Sequence record: DRR723986_8435
Strand: one strand, 5' to 3'
Length of the DNA: 35,723 nucleotides
Part shown: in pieces, positions 1-10,851 of the stretch
How the letters are laid out: each line of letters opens with the position of its first letter
Numbering within the stretch: the stretch's first letter is position 1
Program-made: the position numbers and the translations under genes
Notes under the pieces: model-generated
What the model was told of the DNA's origin: nothing
The model's input: the letters and a program-made list of their open reading frames with translations, nothing else
The model's database searches: none

Positions 1-715
1 GTCAAAAGCTTTTGACAAGGATATTTTCGTAGTGAACAATAGCCTGAATTCTCTAACTGAATACGAAAAAAACAATGGATGGAAGCTGCTTTTCAACGGT
101 CAAAATTCTGATGGCTGGAGAGGTGCATATAAAGAAACTTTTCCTGAGCATGGCTGGTCTGTAAATGATGGCATCTTGTCAATCGCTGCATCAGATGGAG
201 GAGAATCTACCAATGCCGGTGATATTGTAACTACAGAAAAATTTTCAGCTTTTGATTTAGCCTTTGAATTTAGACTAACCGAAGGAGCTAACTCTGGGGT
301 GAAATATTTCGTAACCCTTTCCGAGGGAAATAAAGGCTCTGCCATAGGACTTGAATACCAGGTTTTGGATGATGAAAAGCACCCAGATGCAAAAATGGGT
401 AGAGATGGCAATCGTACTTTAGCTTCCCTTTATGACTTAATCAAAGCGGATAAACAGCCACGATTTGTTAAGCCAATCGGAGAATGGAATAAAGGCCGGG
501 TGGTTGTGACTCCAGACAATAAGGTGGCTCATTACTTAAATGGTGTGAAAGTAGTAGAGTATGTAAGAGGATCGCAAGAATACCGAGACTTAGTGGCAAT
601 CAGTAAGTATGCGAAGTGGGAAAACTTTGGCGAAGCAACAGAAGGACATATTCTTCTTCAAGATCATGGAAATGACGTAAGCTTCAAAAACATTAAAATC
701 AAGAGCTTGAAATAA
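1..715 (+). CDS. DUF1080 (3-keto-disaccharide hydrolase family) protein, 5' end outside the window
   Basis: Frame is open from base 2 (tca aaa gct ttt...) through the GTG at 32, so the gene starts upstream. Family motifs GWKLLFNG..GW, NSGVKY, EYQVLD and ILLQDHG..VSFKNIKIK. Confidence 0.88.
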   Translation, partial: SKAFDKDIFVVNNSLNSLTEYEKNNGWKLLFNGQNSDGWRGAYKETFPEHGWSVNDGILSIAASDGGESTNAGDIVTTEKFSAFDLAFEFRLTEGANSGVKYFVTLSEGNKGSAIGLEYQVLDDEKHPDAKMGRDGNRTLASLYDLIKADKQPRFVKPIGEWNKGRVVVTPDNKVAHYLNGVKVVEYVRGSQEYRDLVAISKYAKWENFGEATEGHILLQDHGNDVSFKNIKIKSLK

Positions 716-729
716 ACCCAAAATCAATT

Positions 730-2076
730 ATGAAGAACAACAGAAGAGACTTTATCAAAAAATCTGCTGCTGCCACTGTGGGATTCTCTGCCTTGGGTAC
801 AGCCGCTTTTTCCGCTAAGTCATACGCAAATATCATAGGAGCAAATGATCGTTTAAATGTTGCCATTGCTGGTTTAGGAAGACGCCTTGGAGCTTATTAT
901 GAACCTATTGGTTTGAAATCCAGCAATGTAAATCTGATGTATCTCTGTGATGCCATGGAATCGCAGATGCCAAAGGCTGCAAAGAATTTCTCGAAGCATA
1001 TAGATTACGCTCCTAAACTCGAACAAAATGTCATGAAAGTAATGGATGACAAGGAGGTGGACTGTATGATCATCGCGACACCCGATCACTGGCATGCACC
1101 AGGTACATGGCTTGCTTTGGAGCGTGGCAAAAATGTTTATGTGGAAAAACCGTGTTCTCATAATCCACATGAAGGTGAATTGCTGATTGCTCTGCAGAAG
1201 AAGTATAACAAAGTAGTGCAAATGGGAAATCAGCAGCGCTCTGCTCCTGAAAGCCGGGAAATCATTAAAGCCATTCATGACGGAGCGATAGGCAAAGCAT
1301 TCATGGCAAAAGCTTTTTATAGCAACAATAGAGGAGCCGTCCCAAATCCTGTCGCAGCGCCTGCACCAGCAGGTTTAGACTGGGAAATGTTCCAAGGTCC
1401 AGCACCAAGAAGAGCCTATACGCATGACACATGGGACTACAATTGGCACTGGTATGGCTGGGAATATGGAACGGCTGAAACAGGAAATAATGCAACTCAC
1501 GAACTTGATGTAGCGCGCTGGGCGCTTCAAGTAGATTATCCAAGTGAAGTTTTGGTTACAGCTGACAAGCGTCACTTTGCTGAAGATGGCTGGGTGATGT
1601 ATGATACGATGGACGCTACGTTTAAATTCGGAGATGGATCGGTAATCCAATGGGATGGTAAAAGCAGAAATAGCTATAAAACCTACGGATCAGACAGAGG
1701 AACAATCATTTACGGCACTGAAGGTTCAGTTTATGTTGACCGAGGAGGCTACAAGCAATTCGACAGATCAGGGAAAGAAGTGAAAAGAAATCTATCTGGA
1801 GGCAATGAAGCTGGTACGGCACTTGGTGGCGGAGGAGACATGAGTACGATTCACATTGTGAATTTCTTCAATGCGGTTCGTGGATTAGAAAAGCAAAACT
1901 CCAACATTGAAGAAGGAGCAGTCAGTACCCTTCTTTGCCATTTGGCCAATATTAGCTATAGAACTGGAGAGAATCTCATTTGTGACCCAAGCAATGGGCA
2001 TATCAAAAACTCTAAGAAAGCTTCTGCACTTTGGACTAGATCGTATGAAAAAGGTTGGGAACCCCCGAAGGTTTGA
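730..2076 (+). CDS. Gfo/Idh/MocA family NAD-dependent oxidoreductase with Tat signal
   Basis: N-terminal NRRDFIKK twin-arginine signal; GANDRLNVAIAGLG, IATPDHWH, VYVEKP and VQMGNQQRS motifs. Confidence 0.92.
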   Translation: MKNNRRDFIKKSAAATVGFSALGTAAFSAKSYANIIGANDRLNVAIAGLGRRLGAYYEPIGLKSSNVNLMYLCDAMESQMPKAAKNFSKHIDYAPKLEQNVMKVMDDKEVDCMIIATPDHWHAPGTWLALERGKNVYVEKPCSHNPHEGELLIALQKKYNKVVQMGNQQRSAPESREIIKAIHDGAIGKAFMAKAFYSNNRGAVPNPVAAPAPAGLDWEMFQGPAPRRAYTHDTWDYNWHWYGWEYGTAETGNNATHELDVARWALQVDYPSEVLVTADKRHFAEDGWVMYDTMDATFKFGDGSVIQWDGKSRNSYKTYGSDRGTIIYGTEGSVYVDRGGYKQFDRSGKEVKRNLSGGNEAGTALGGGGDMSTIHIVNFFNAVRGLEKQNSNIEEGAVSTLLCHLANISYRTGENLICDPSNGHIKNSKKASALWTRSYEKGWEPPKV

Positions 2077-2153
2077 TATGTTTGTTAAATTATTTATATA
2101 AGTTTATTATTATTAATAAATAATTTTTCAAATGACACTATATAGGTAGAAAG

Positions 2154-2179
2154 AAGGTCAGCTTAGCTGGCCTTTTTTT
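2154..2179 (+). terminator. Rho-independent terminator after the oxidoreductase
   Basis: aaggtcagc-tta-gctggcctt stem (one G-U pair) followed by a T run. Confidence 0.8.
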
Positions 2180-2401
2180 AATTAAAATCAGATAAAAATC
2201 TGCATAGTGATTTATTAGGATTTCTAGGTTAACAACTTGCTATTGATTTTAGACCGGAAAGTTAATTTTTATAAGGTAATGCGCTTTGGAACCTGAATTA
2301 AAAAGTTAGAAATAGGCAATCATTGCGCATCTAAAAAGGGTTATTTTACCCGATTAACGTAGATATAGACCAATCAAAGAAACATTAAACCATTAACATA
2401 G

Positions 2402-2415
2402 CGCAATCGATTGCG
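2402..2415. promoter_or_regulatory. LacI-family operator-like palindrome upstream of susC1
   Basis: Perfect 14-bp palindrome CGCAATCGATTGCG with central CG. A related site GGCAATCATTGCGC lies at 2315-2328. Confidence 0.7.
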
Positions 2416-2561
2416 TAAAATAAAGCCCGAGTTTATTAAAAGAAATTATCTTTAAAATCATACCTTAACTACAGATTGTATATTCTGAGTCTCAACCAAA
2501 TAGGTTGTATTCTTAAGTATAGAATCAGAAACCTAATTTTCTTTTAACAAAACCTAAAATT

Positions 2562-5500
2562 ATGAAGCCAAAAATTTACACTTATTTAAGTGTACTACTT
2601 TTTGTGCTGCTATCCATAACACATGGATATGCGCAAAACGCACAAGTTAGTGGTACAGTTTACGATGAAACAGGTCAGCCCCTACCGGGTGCTACCATCC
2701 TTGTAAAAGGTACAACCACCGGAACCACATCAGACTTAGATGGAAAATATTCCATCTCAGCTCCATCAAATGGCACTCTTATTATCTCTTTTATTGGTTA
2801 CAACCCTACAGAAATAGTAATAGGCAACCAGTCTGTAATTGATGTGAATCTGACTCCTGACCTATCAGATCTAGAGGAAGTGGTGGTTGTTGGTTACGGA
2901 ACGGCTAAAAAGAGTCAGTTAACTGGAGCTATCTCCTCAGTCGGCTCAAAAGAAATAGGTGAACTTCCTATTACTGATGCTAGACAAGCACTACAAGGAC
3001 GTGCAGCAGGTGTCGATGTGACACAGCCAGGATCCAAGCCAGGATCAGCTCCTCAAGTTAGAATTAGAGGTAGAAGATCATTCAACGCTTCGAATGAGCC
3101 ACTTTATGTAGTAGATGGAATTCCACTTGCCGGAGGAATTGACGACATCAACCCTCAGGATATTACTTCGATGGAAGTCTTGAAGGATGCCTCTGCTACT
3201 GCTATCTATGGATCTAGAGGATCAAACGGTGTAGTGTTGATCACTACAAAGAGAGGTTCTGTAGGTAAAACCGTAGTATCCTTAGATGCTTACTATGGAA
3301 TTAACAAGGAGCTAGGAAGAATTGATGTTTTCAACGGTCCTGAATTTGCTGAATACAAAAGAGAATCTCGTAGAGCGGGTGAAGGCTACCCTGAAGGTCC
3401 TGCTACTCCTGAAGCAGATGCTTCAATATTTGAGCCAGTAGAACTTGATGGCATTGCTCAAGGAAGAACTACAGATTACCCTGCTGGGTTATTAAGAAAC
3501 GGTTCTATTCAAAGCTACCAATTAGGAATTAGTGGTGGTAGTGATAAAACCACTTTCTTCGTTTCAGGTAACTACTTCAAAGATGAAGGTGTAATCATCA
3601 ATCAAGATTATACCCGCTATACCTTTAGAGCAAATATTGATCACAAGATCACGAAAAACATCAAATTCGGAACTTCTACACTTGTCACTTATAGTGAGCG
3701 AAATGGAGAAAACTTCAATCCTTTGGGAGGTGCTCTTGCAGAGAATCCACTTGGGAAACCTTATGATGATGAAGGAAACTTAATTTTCCTTCCTACTCAA
3801 GATGGATTAAGAACAAACCCATTTGCAGAAATTGTACCAGGTGCTCAGTCAGATTTGACTAAAAATTATAGAATCTTCAACAGTATTTTTGCTCAGTATG
3901 ACATCCTTCCTGGCCTTAGCTATAGAATGGTATTTGGCCCAGACATTACGATAAGCAGAAATGGCCGATTCACAGGTTCACAGACTAATTCTAGACGTGG
4001 TGGAGCTGCTACAGGTAGCGTAGATGATAGATTTACTTTCAATTATACATTTGAAAATATCTTGACCTACACTAAAACCTTCAATGATGTTCACAACTTA
4101 AACATCACAGGTCTACAATCAATTCAGCGAGATAAATTTGAACAAAGCACTATCTCCGTTTTAGGTATACCAGCAGAATCTCAGCTATACCATAGATTGG
4201 GAGATGCATCACAAATTACCGGTGCTAATACAAACCTTGTAGAATGGTCTCTTATGTCGTTCATGGGTAGAGTCAACTATGACTTCAAAAACAAATACCT
4301 AGTAACCGCAACATTGAGAGCAGATGGTAGCTCTAGATTTGGAGCAAATAATAGATTTGCTTACTTCCCTTCAGTTGCCCTTGGTTGGAATATTCATTCT
4401 GAATCATTCATGCAAAACTCTAGCATTATAGATCAATTGAAGCTTAGAGCTTCCTATGGTTCTATCGGTAACCAAGCGATTAACCCATACCAAACGCAAG
4501 CCTTACTTGGCAGAACGAGCTATGCTTATGACAACACTGCTGCCTTTGGTTATAGACCAAATACGATCGGTAACCCTGATTTGAGATGGGAGACTTCTAC
4601 TACTCTCAACTTAGGATTGGATTTTGCACTTTGGAAAAGTAGAGTATTTGGATCCATAGAATATTACGTTACGAATACCAGTGATCTACTTGCACCACAG
4701 CCACTTCCTAATTCTATCGGATTCGGTGGTTTCACAACCAACATTGGTGAAACTCAAAACCGTGGTGTTGAATTGACTATTTCTACTCTAAATGTAGAAA
4801 AAGGAGACTTTACCTGGTCTTCTGACATCATTTTCACCAAAAACACGGAAGAAATTATTTCCTTACCAAATGGTGATGACATCTCTGCAGGTAGATTTAT
4901 TGGTCAGCCATTGACGATATTCTATGACTTGAAAAAGATAGGCATCTGGCAAACATCCGAAATCGATGAGGCTAAGTCATACGGAAGTGTTCCAGGTGAA
5001 ATCAAAATTGAAGACTTCAACAATGATGGAGTAATCAATTCACTTGATAGACAATTCTTAGGTTCTGCAGTGGCCGATTTTGCAATGGGTTTCACAAACA
5101 GATTTAGCTTTAAAGGATTTGATTTGTCATTCTTCCTTTATGGAAGATTCGGCTCTATGCTTAGATCTCAATTCCATACTCAAAACAATTCACTTGCTGG
5201 TAGATATAACAATTTGGATGTTGATTACTGGACTCCTAACAATCCAACCAATGCCTATCCAAGACCAAATGTGAACCAGGAAAGCGCGAAATATGCAAGT
5301 TCAATGGAATATTTTGACGGTACATTCATCAAAGTAAGAAACATCAACTTTGGTTATAATTTCTCACCAGAAGCAGCTAAGAAGATCGGGATGACAAGCT
5401 TGAGAATTTATACAAGTATTCAGCAGCCATTTATATTTGCTAACTACCGCTCTGAGCACAAAGGAATCGATCCAGAAGTATTTATCGATGGCGAGCAAGG

Positions 5501-5579
5501 TGTAGGTGGAGGTATTGTTAATTCTAACGTATCCCCAGCGGTCACTTCTTATACATTTGGTATCAATGCTAAATTCTAA
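2562..5579 (+). CDS. susC: SusC/RagA family TonB-dependent outer membrane transporter (1)
   Basis: Signal peptide; CarboxypepD-like N-domain (GTVYDETGQPLPGATILVKGT); LEEVVVVGYG; plug motif EVLKDASATAIYGSRGSNGVVLITTKRG; NPDLRWE; C-terminal F. Confidence 0.96.
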   Translation: MKPKIYTYLSVLLFVLLSITHGYAQNAQVSGTVYDETGQPLPGATILVKGTTTGTTSDLDGKYSISAPSNGTLIISFIGYNPTEIVIGNQSVIDVNLTPDLSDLEEVVVVGYGTAKKSQLTGAISSVGSKEIGELPITDARQALQGRAAGVDVTQPGSKPGSAPQVRIRGRRSFNASNEPLYVVDGIPLAGGIDDINPQDITSMEVLKDASATAIYGSRGSNGVVLITTKRGSVGKTVVSLDAYYGINKELGRIDVFNGPEFAEYKRESRRAGEGYPEGPATPEADASIFEPVELDGIAQGRTTDYPAGLLRNGSIQSYQLGISGGSDKTTFFVSGNYFKDEGVIINQDYTRYTFRANIDHKITKNIKFGTSTLVTYSERNGENFNPLGGALAENPLGKPYDDEGNLIFLPTQDGLRTNPFAEIVPGAQSDLTKNYRIFNSIFAQYDILPGLSYRMVFGPDITISRNGRFTGSQTNSRRGGAATGSVDDRFTFNYTFENILTYTKTFNDVHNLNITGLQSIQRDKFEQSTISVLGIPAESQLYHRLGDASQITGANTNLVEWSLMSFMGRVNYDFKNKYLVTATLRADGSSRFGANNRFAYFPSVALGWNIHSESFMQNSSIIDQLKLRASYGSIGNQAINPYQTQALLGRTSYAYDNTAAFGYRPNTIGNPDLRWETSTTLNLGLDFALWKSRVFGSIEYYVTNTSDLLAPQPLPNSIGFGGFTTNIGETQNRGVELTISTLNVEKGDFTWSSDIIFTKNTEEIISLPNGDDISAGRFIGQPLTIFYDLKKIGIWQTSEIDEAKSYGSVPGEIKIEDFNNDGVINSLDRQFLGSAVADFAMGFTNRFSFKGFDLSFFLYGRFGSMLRSQFHTQNNSLAGRYNNLDVDYWTPNNPTNAYPRPNVNQESAKYASSMEYFDGTFIKVRNINFGYNFSPEAAKKIGMTSLRIYTSIQQPFIFANYRSEHKGIDPEVFIDGEQGVGGGIVNSNVSPAVTSYTFGINAKF

Positions 5580-5585
5580 TCAATC

Positions 5586-7256
5586 ATGAAAAAACTAGCA
5601 AAAAATATAAAATACTGGGCAAAATCCTCAGCCCTTATCGTTGGACTTTCATTCGCAGCATCCTGCGATGGGTTTCTAGAAGAAGATGTTGTTTCTCCTA
5701 TTGGTAACGATTATTTGAACACCCCAAAAGGGATGAATGATGGCATCAACGCTGCCTATAGTACTGTAAGAGCATGGTATGGTACCGAAAGAGGTAATAA
5801 CTTTACAATATTTGGCACGGATATCTTTACAAATGGTGCGGATGGGTCATGGAAATTCATGAATACATACACGAATCAATTTGACTCACAGAATGGTCAT
5901 GCTCGTGAATTGTGGGATGAATTCTATAGAGGCATAAATACCTGTAATGCAGTAATAGATCGATCTGCCAACCTTACTGGTATCTCTCAAGCTCTTATTG
6001 ACCAACGAGTTGCTGAAGCCAAATTTATTAGAGCCCATCATTACTTCATTTTGGTTCAGCTTTTCGGAGCATTGGATTTACAACTTGAAGAGACAGCAGT
6101 GCCTACAAAAGTAGTCACAAGAGCACCTGTGTCGGCAGTCTATGCAGCTATAATTAAAGATCTGGAAGAAGCGATTCCTAATCTAGAAGCTAAAGAAAGA
6201 TCTTCAGATTATGGCAGAGCTACTCGTCCTGCTGCAGAACATCTGTTGGGTAGAGTTTATCTCACTAAAGCCACATCTGAAGCTGGAGAATCTTCTGATT
6301 ATTCTAAAGCAGAGACCAACTTACAGAACGTGATCAGTAATTATGGATTTGAATTACTTCCGAATTTTGGAGACGTTCATGCTTTTGGAAACGAAATCAA
6401 CAATGAAGTAATCTGGTCTACTCAATATACTAGAGATCCTTTGACTAATGGCGGAGGAAATAACTCACATGTGTTCTTCTTGATGGAATACGACGTGCAG
6501 CCGGGTATGATAAGAGATATAGAAAATGGACGACCATTCAAACGTTATAAGTCTACTGATTACACGTTAAACACCATCTTTGCAGACCGTGTAAATGATT
6601 CTAGATATAAAAACACTTACCAGGATGTCTTCCTATCAAACAACCCTGGTACGTTCAATACTACATTCGACAAATCCAAAGCATCCGTTACATTTGCCCA
6701 AGGAGATACCGCTATCTGGTTACCTGGTTACAATATGTCGGAAGCTGAGCGTGCAAAGTATTCATACCAAGTCCTAACTCCAGAGTTTTACACAGAGAGA
6801 TTGTTCCCTGCTATGAAGAAGCAAAAAGATCCGGGACGCGTTGATCGTACTCAATTTGAAGGAGGACGAGATTACATTGCCATGCGTCTTGCTGATACTT
6901 ACCTACTTCTTGCAGAAGCGCAATTCAGACAAGGAAAACTTGGCTTGGCTACTGAAAACATTAATGTAGTAAGAAGAAGAGCAGCATTTCCTGGCAAAGA
7001 AGCTGAAATGGAAATTTCCCAATCTGAATTGACGTTTGAATTCATTACTGAAGAGCGTGCAAGAGAGCTAATCGGTGAGCAGACTAGATGGTTGGATCTG
7101 AAAAGATGGGGAATATTAGTAGAGCGAGTAAAGATGTATAATCCGCAGGGAGCTCCAAATATCCAAGCATTTCATACCTTGAGACCTATTCCTCAAAATC
7201 AAATTGACCGGGCTGAAGGTACCTCCACTGCATTCCCTCAAAACCCAGGTTATTAA
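5586..7256 (+). CDS. susD: SusD/RagB family glycan-binding lipoprotein (1)
   Basis: Lipobox FAASC; AEAKFIRA, RLADTYLLLAEA and ERARELIGEQTRWLDLKR motifs; C-terminal QNPGY; 6 bp after susC. Confidence 0.95.
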   Translation: MKKLAKNIKYWAKSSALIVGLSFAASCDGFLEEDVVSPIGNDYLNTPKGMNDGINAAYSTVRAWYGTERGNNFTIFGTDIFTNGADGSWKFMNTYTNQFDSQNGHARELWDEFYRGINTCNAVIDRSANLTGISQALIDQRVAEAKFIRAHHYFILVQLFGALDLQLEETAVPTKVVTRAPVSAVYAAIIKDLEEAIPNLEAKERSSDYGRATRPAAEHLLGRVYLTKATSEAGESSDYSKAETNLQNVISNYGFELLPNFGDVHAFGNEINNEVIWSTQYTRDPLTNGGGNNSHVFFLMEYDVQPGMIRDIENGRPFKRYKSTDYTLNTIFADRVNDSRYKNTYQDVFLSNNPGTFNTTFDKSKASVTFAQGDTAIWLPGYNMSEAERAKYSYQVLTPEFYTERLFPAMKKQKDPGRVDRTQFEGGRDYIAMRLADTYLLLAEAQFRQGKLGLATENINVVRRRAAFPGKEAEMEISQSELTFEFITEERARELIGEQTRWLDLKRWGILVERVKMYNPQGAPNIQAFHTLRPIPQNQIDRAEGTSTAFPQNPGY

Positions 7257-7287
7257 GTAATTTCTAAATAAACAGAATATAATATGT

Positions 7288-7323
7288 AAAGAGCTACCAT
7301 GGAATCCATGGTAGCTCTTTTTT
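7288..7323 (+). terminator. Rho-independent terminator after susD1
   Basis: aaagagctaccatgga-a-tccatggtagctcttt perfect inverted repeat followed by a T run. Confidence 0.88.
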
Positions 7324-7624
7324 ATTTTGTCATAAATAACTTAATTTAAAAAATAGATAAATACACCTTCTAATATTTAGCAATTAAACATAGTTTAACT
7401 AAGCTTATTATAACTTTATTTTCAATCTATAAATCAATAGGTTCTACATATTATTTTTTTGGAATATATTCTTCAATACGGGGGCTTGAACTGATAAATC
7501 TCATCAAGAAAAAGACAGTAAATTCAAACATTTGAATCTACAGGATGCTATTACTAATAGTTTAAATAACATCTATAACTAATACAATTCATATCACAAG
7601 TCTCCAAAACGCTGCCAAATCCAC

Positions 7625-7638
7625 CGAAATCGATTGCG
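7625..7638. promoter_or_regulatory. LacI-family operator-like site upstream of susC2
   Basis: CGAAATCGATTGCG, 13/14 identical to the palindrome at 2402. Confidence 0.68.
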
Positions 7639-7761
7639 CTAAATTTCTTGCAGAGTAGTAGGGCTTTTGCTCCATATTATTATACTTTAGAAAGTTAATG
7701 TTTCTTAAATGTAATATTAACACTTTAGTCAAATTATATTATAACAATTAACCCACTACTT

Positions 7762-10700
7762 ATGCGGTACAAAATTTACAAAAGCCTCTGGTTGATTGTA
7801 TTTTCTCTGTGTATTAGCGTCACCATGGCGCATGCTCAGGAGGTACAAATCACTGGAACTGTTTTAGACGAAACAGACATGCCTTTACCTGGCGTAACAG
7901 TCTTACTTAAAGGAACTACAACTGGCACCACTACAGATCTAGATGGAAAATATTCCATAAGCGCTACCCGAGAGGGTGTTTTGGTTTTCTCTTTTATAGG
8001 ATATGATCCTATCGAAAGAGAGATCGGAAATCAGTCAGTCATTGACTTGATCATGAACCCAAACACTTCTGATCTTGAAGAAGTAGTAGTGATCGGATAT
8101 GGTACAGCAAAAAAGCGGGATGTCACCGGCGCTGTATCCTCTGTGAACCCTAATAAATTAGAAAATGAAAACCCGAATTCGGTCCAGGATATCCTAAGAG
8201 GTAATGCTGCGGGTTTGAATGTGGGCATTAGCACATCTGCTAAAGGTGGTGGATCACTTCAAGTAAGAGGTCAGACCTCCCTAAATGCTGGTAACTCTCC
8301 CCTATTGGTGTTGGATGGAGCTATCTACTATGGTGAGCTTGCTGATATCAACCCTAATGACATCGATAATCTTGAAGTACTTAAAGATGCTAGTGCTGCT
8401 GCAGTTTTCGGTGCCAAGGCTGCCAATGGCGTAATTCTTATAACAACCAAAAAAGGAACTATAGGTAAACCAACAATCAAATTCAACGTGAATTCAGGTC
8501 TAGCTACTATGGCTACTTTCCCTGATGTTTATGATCCTGATGGGTTTATTAGTTGGAGAGAAGACGTATTTAAAAGTATCAATGCAGGTGGCTATGATCC
8601 ATACGAATTCTCTGATCCTAGAACCTTACCTAGTGACATTTCACTAGAGCAATGGATGGCCTATGACGGATCCTCAGGAGACCCAGTGACTGTTTGGCTA
8701 CAAAGACTTAACATGCAGCCAGTTGAAATAGAGAATTACAAGAATGGTAATTCTGTAGATTGGAGAGATAAGATATTCCAGACCGGATTCAGACAAGATT
8801 ATACAGTAAGTCTATCTGGTAGAAATGAAAATTTTAATTATTACTGGTCAGTAGGGTACTTAAATAATGAAGGTATTATCATCGGAGATCAATATGAGAC
8901 AATCCGTACAAGAATCAACTTGGAAGGCAAAGTAAACAAATGGCTTTCTGTTGGAATGAATGTGCAGTTTGCTACACAGGATGAAAGTAATGTTGCAGTA
9001 GATTGGGGATTGTACAGAACTCTTTCTCCATGGGCATCGGAATTTAACGAAGACGGAACATATAGATGGAGACCAAATGACGAACAAAGTGGTGGTACTC
9101 ACCCATTCTACGACAGAACTTATATAGACAGAACCGATAGAGATGTAAACATCAACTCAACTGTATTTGCAGCCATCAAGTTGCCATTCGGTTTCAATTT
9201 CAGAACTAACTTTACTCCTAGATTCGAGTATTATGAATACTTCAATCACCAATCTGCTGACCATGAAGTTTGGGGTGCATCAGGAGGAATTGCCTCTAGA
9301 AGACAACGAAAAGAATACTACTGGCAAATTGACAATATCTTGACTTGGCAGAAAACTTTTGCTGAGAAGCATGATTTCAATGGTACTTTCCTGATCAATG
9401 CTGAGAAATTCCAGTCTTGGGATAACACCATGACAAACAACGGATTTGAGCCTCACGATAGACTTGGATATCATAATATTGGTGGTGGTATTAACCCAAT
9501 TATCTCTAGCAATGACGAATATAGTACAGGTGATGCCCTTATGGGTCGTTTGATTTATTCTTACGATGGCAAATATACTACTACGCTATCTGTTAGAAGA
9601 GATGGTTATTCTGCATTTGGACAGAGTAACCCAAGAGCTCTTTTCTATTCTGCAGCTTTAGGATGGGTTTTCTCTGATGAGAACTTCATCAATATAGATT
9701 GGTTGGATTTCGGAAAAATGCGTTTTTCTTGGGGTAGCAATGGTAATAGAGATATCGGTAGATATGTGGCCCTTTCTGATTTGAATACTGGTAAGTACTT
9801 CTATCAAAGACCAAGTGGAGAGCTATACTTAGTAAACCAGCTATACGTGAATAGAATGCAAAACAGCAACCTACAGTGGGAAAGAACTGAATCTTTCAAC
9901 TTAGGTATTGATTTTTCTGTACTCAAAACTAGGCTTACCGGTACCTTGGAGATGTACAAAATGTCTACTCGAGATTTGCTAGTAGAAAGAAGTTTGCCTG
10001 ATTTCCTTGGATTCAACTTTGTTTGGGATAACCTAGGTCAAGTTGATAACCAAGGTTTCGAGCTCACTTTGAATTCTACCAATTATGAGAGAAACAACTT
10101 TAGCTGGAGAACTACTGCTAATTTTCAGTTAAACAGAAATGAGATTGTAAGTCTATATGGTGATTTGGATGAAAATGGAAAAGAATTGGATGATCCAAGT
10201 AACGGGTGGTTCATAGGTCATGCAATTGATCAGATTTGGAATTACAAGACTGACGGTATTTGGCAATCAAATGAAGCAGATGCCGCTGCAGACTACGGGG
10301 TGAAACCAGGTGACTATAAAGTGGTAGATGTAGATGGTGATGGTAAATTCACCAATGCAGACAGGCAATTCCAGGGATATACTGAGCCACGTTTCCGTTG
10401 GAGCTTAAGAAATGAGTTTAATCTGTTCAAAAACCTTGACATCTCTTTTATGATGTATTCCTATTGGGGTCATGAAGGTTCTTTCAACCAAATGAAAAAT
10501 AGAGATGGTTTCTTAGATAGAACAAGTTCTTATGTGACCCCTTATTGGACTGAAGAGAATCCAAATAACGAATGGGCTAGACTAAACTCCAGTGAAGGTA
10601 GTGCTGGTGGATATAGTATCTATCGCAAGAAATCATTTATCCGTCTGGAAAACATCTCCATGGGATACAACTTTCCTAAGCATTTGACTGAGAAGGCAAA

Positions 10701-10833
10701 AATGACTAACGTACGTGTTTACGGAAACATAAGAAATGTAGGTTTCTTTGCTCCTGAGTGGGATTTCTGGGATCCGGAGAATTCTGGACCAATCCCAAGA
10801 TATTTCACACTTGGAATTGACGTCACATTGTAA
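7762..10833 (+). CDS. susC: SusC/RagA family TonB-dependent outer membrane transporter (2)
   Basis: Signal peptide; LEEVVVIGYG; EVLKDASAAAVFGAKAANGVILITTKKG; NSNLQWE; DVDGDGKF motif. Confidence 0.96.
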   Translation: MRYKIYKSLWLIVFSLCISVTMAHAQEVQITGTVLDETDMPLPGVTVLLKGTTTGTTTDLDGKYSISATREGVLVFSFIGYDPIEREIGNQSVIDLIMNPNTSDLEEVVVIGYGTAKKRDVTGAVSSVNPNKLENENPNSVQDILRGNAAGLNVGISTSAKGGGSLQVRGQTSLNAGNSPLLVLDGAIYYGELADINPNDIDNLEVLKDASAAAVFGAKAANGVILITTKKGTIGKPTIKFNVNSGLATMATFPDVYDPDGFISWREDVFKSINAGGYDPYEFSDPRTLPSDISLEQWMAYDGSSGDPVTVWLQRLNMQPVEIENYKNGNSVDWRDKIFQTGFRQDYTVSLSGRNENFNYYWSVGYLNNEGIIIGDQYETIRTRINLEGKVNKWLSVGMNVQFATQDESNVAVDWGLYRTLSPWASEFNEDGTYRWRPNDEQSGGTHPFYDRTYIDRTDRDVNINSTVFAAIKLPFGFNFRTNFTPRFEYYEYFNHQSADHEVWGASGGIASRRQRKEYYWQIDNILTWQKTFAEKHDFNGTFLINAEKFQSWDNTMTNNGFEPHDRLGYHNIGGGINPIISSNDEYSTGDALMGRLIYSYDGKYTTTLSVRRDGYSAFGQSNPRALFYSAALGWVFSDENFINIDWLDFGKMRFSWGSNGNRDIGRYVALSDLNTGKYFYQRPSGELYLVNQLYVNRMQNSNLQWERTESFNLGIDFSVLKTRLTGTLEMYKMSTRDLLVERSLPDFLGFNFVWDNLGQVDNQGFELTLNSTNYERNNFSWRTTANFQLNRNEIVSLYGDLDENGKELDDPSNGWFIGHAIDQIWNYKTDGIWQSNEADAAADYGVKPGDYKVVDVDGDGKFTNADRQFQGYTEPRFRWSLRNEFNLFKNLDISFMMYSYWGHEGSFNQMKNRDGFLDRTSSYVTPYWTEENPNNEWARLNSSEGSAGGYSIYRKKSFIRLENISMGYNFPKHLTEKAKMTNVRVYGNIRNVGFFAPEWDFWDPENSGPIPRYFTLGIDVTL

Positions 10834-10851
10834 GCCTAAAATAACATTGAA

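Noticed and set aside
7324..7620. Long AT-rich spacer between the two susCD operons as an sRNA or invertible promoter
   Set aside because: No convincing ORF, long inverted-repeat pair or nearby recombinase was seen.
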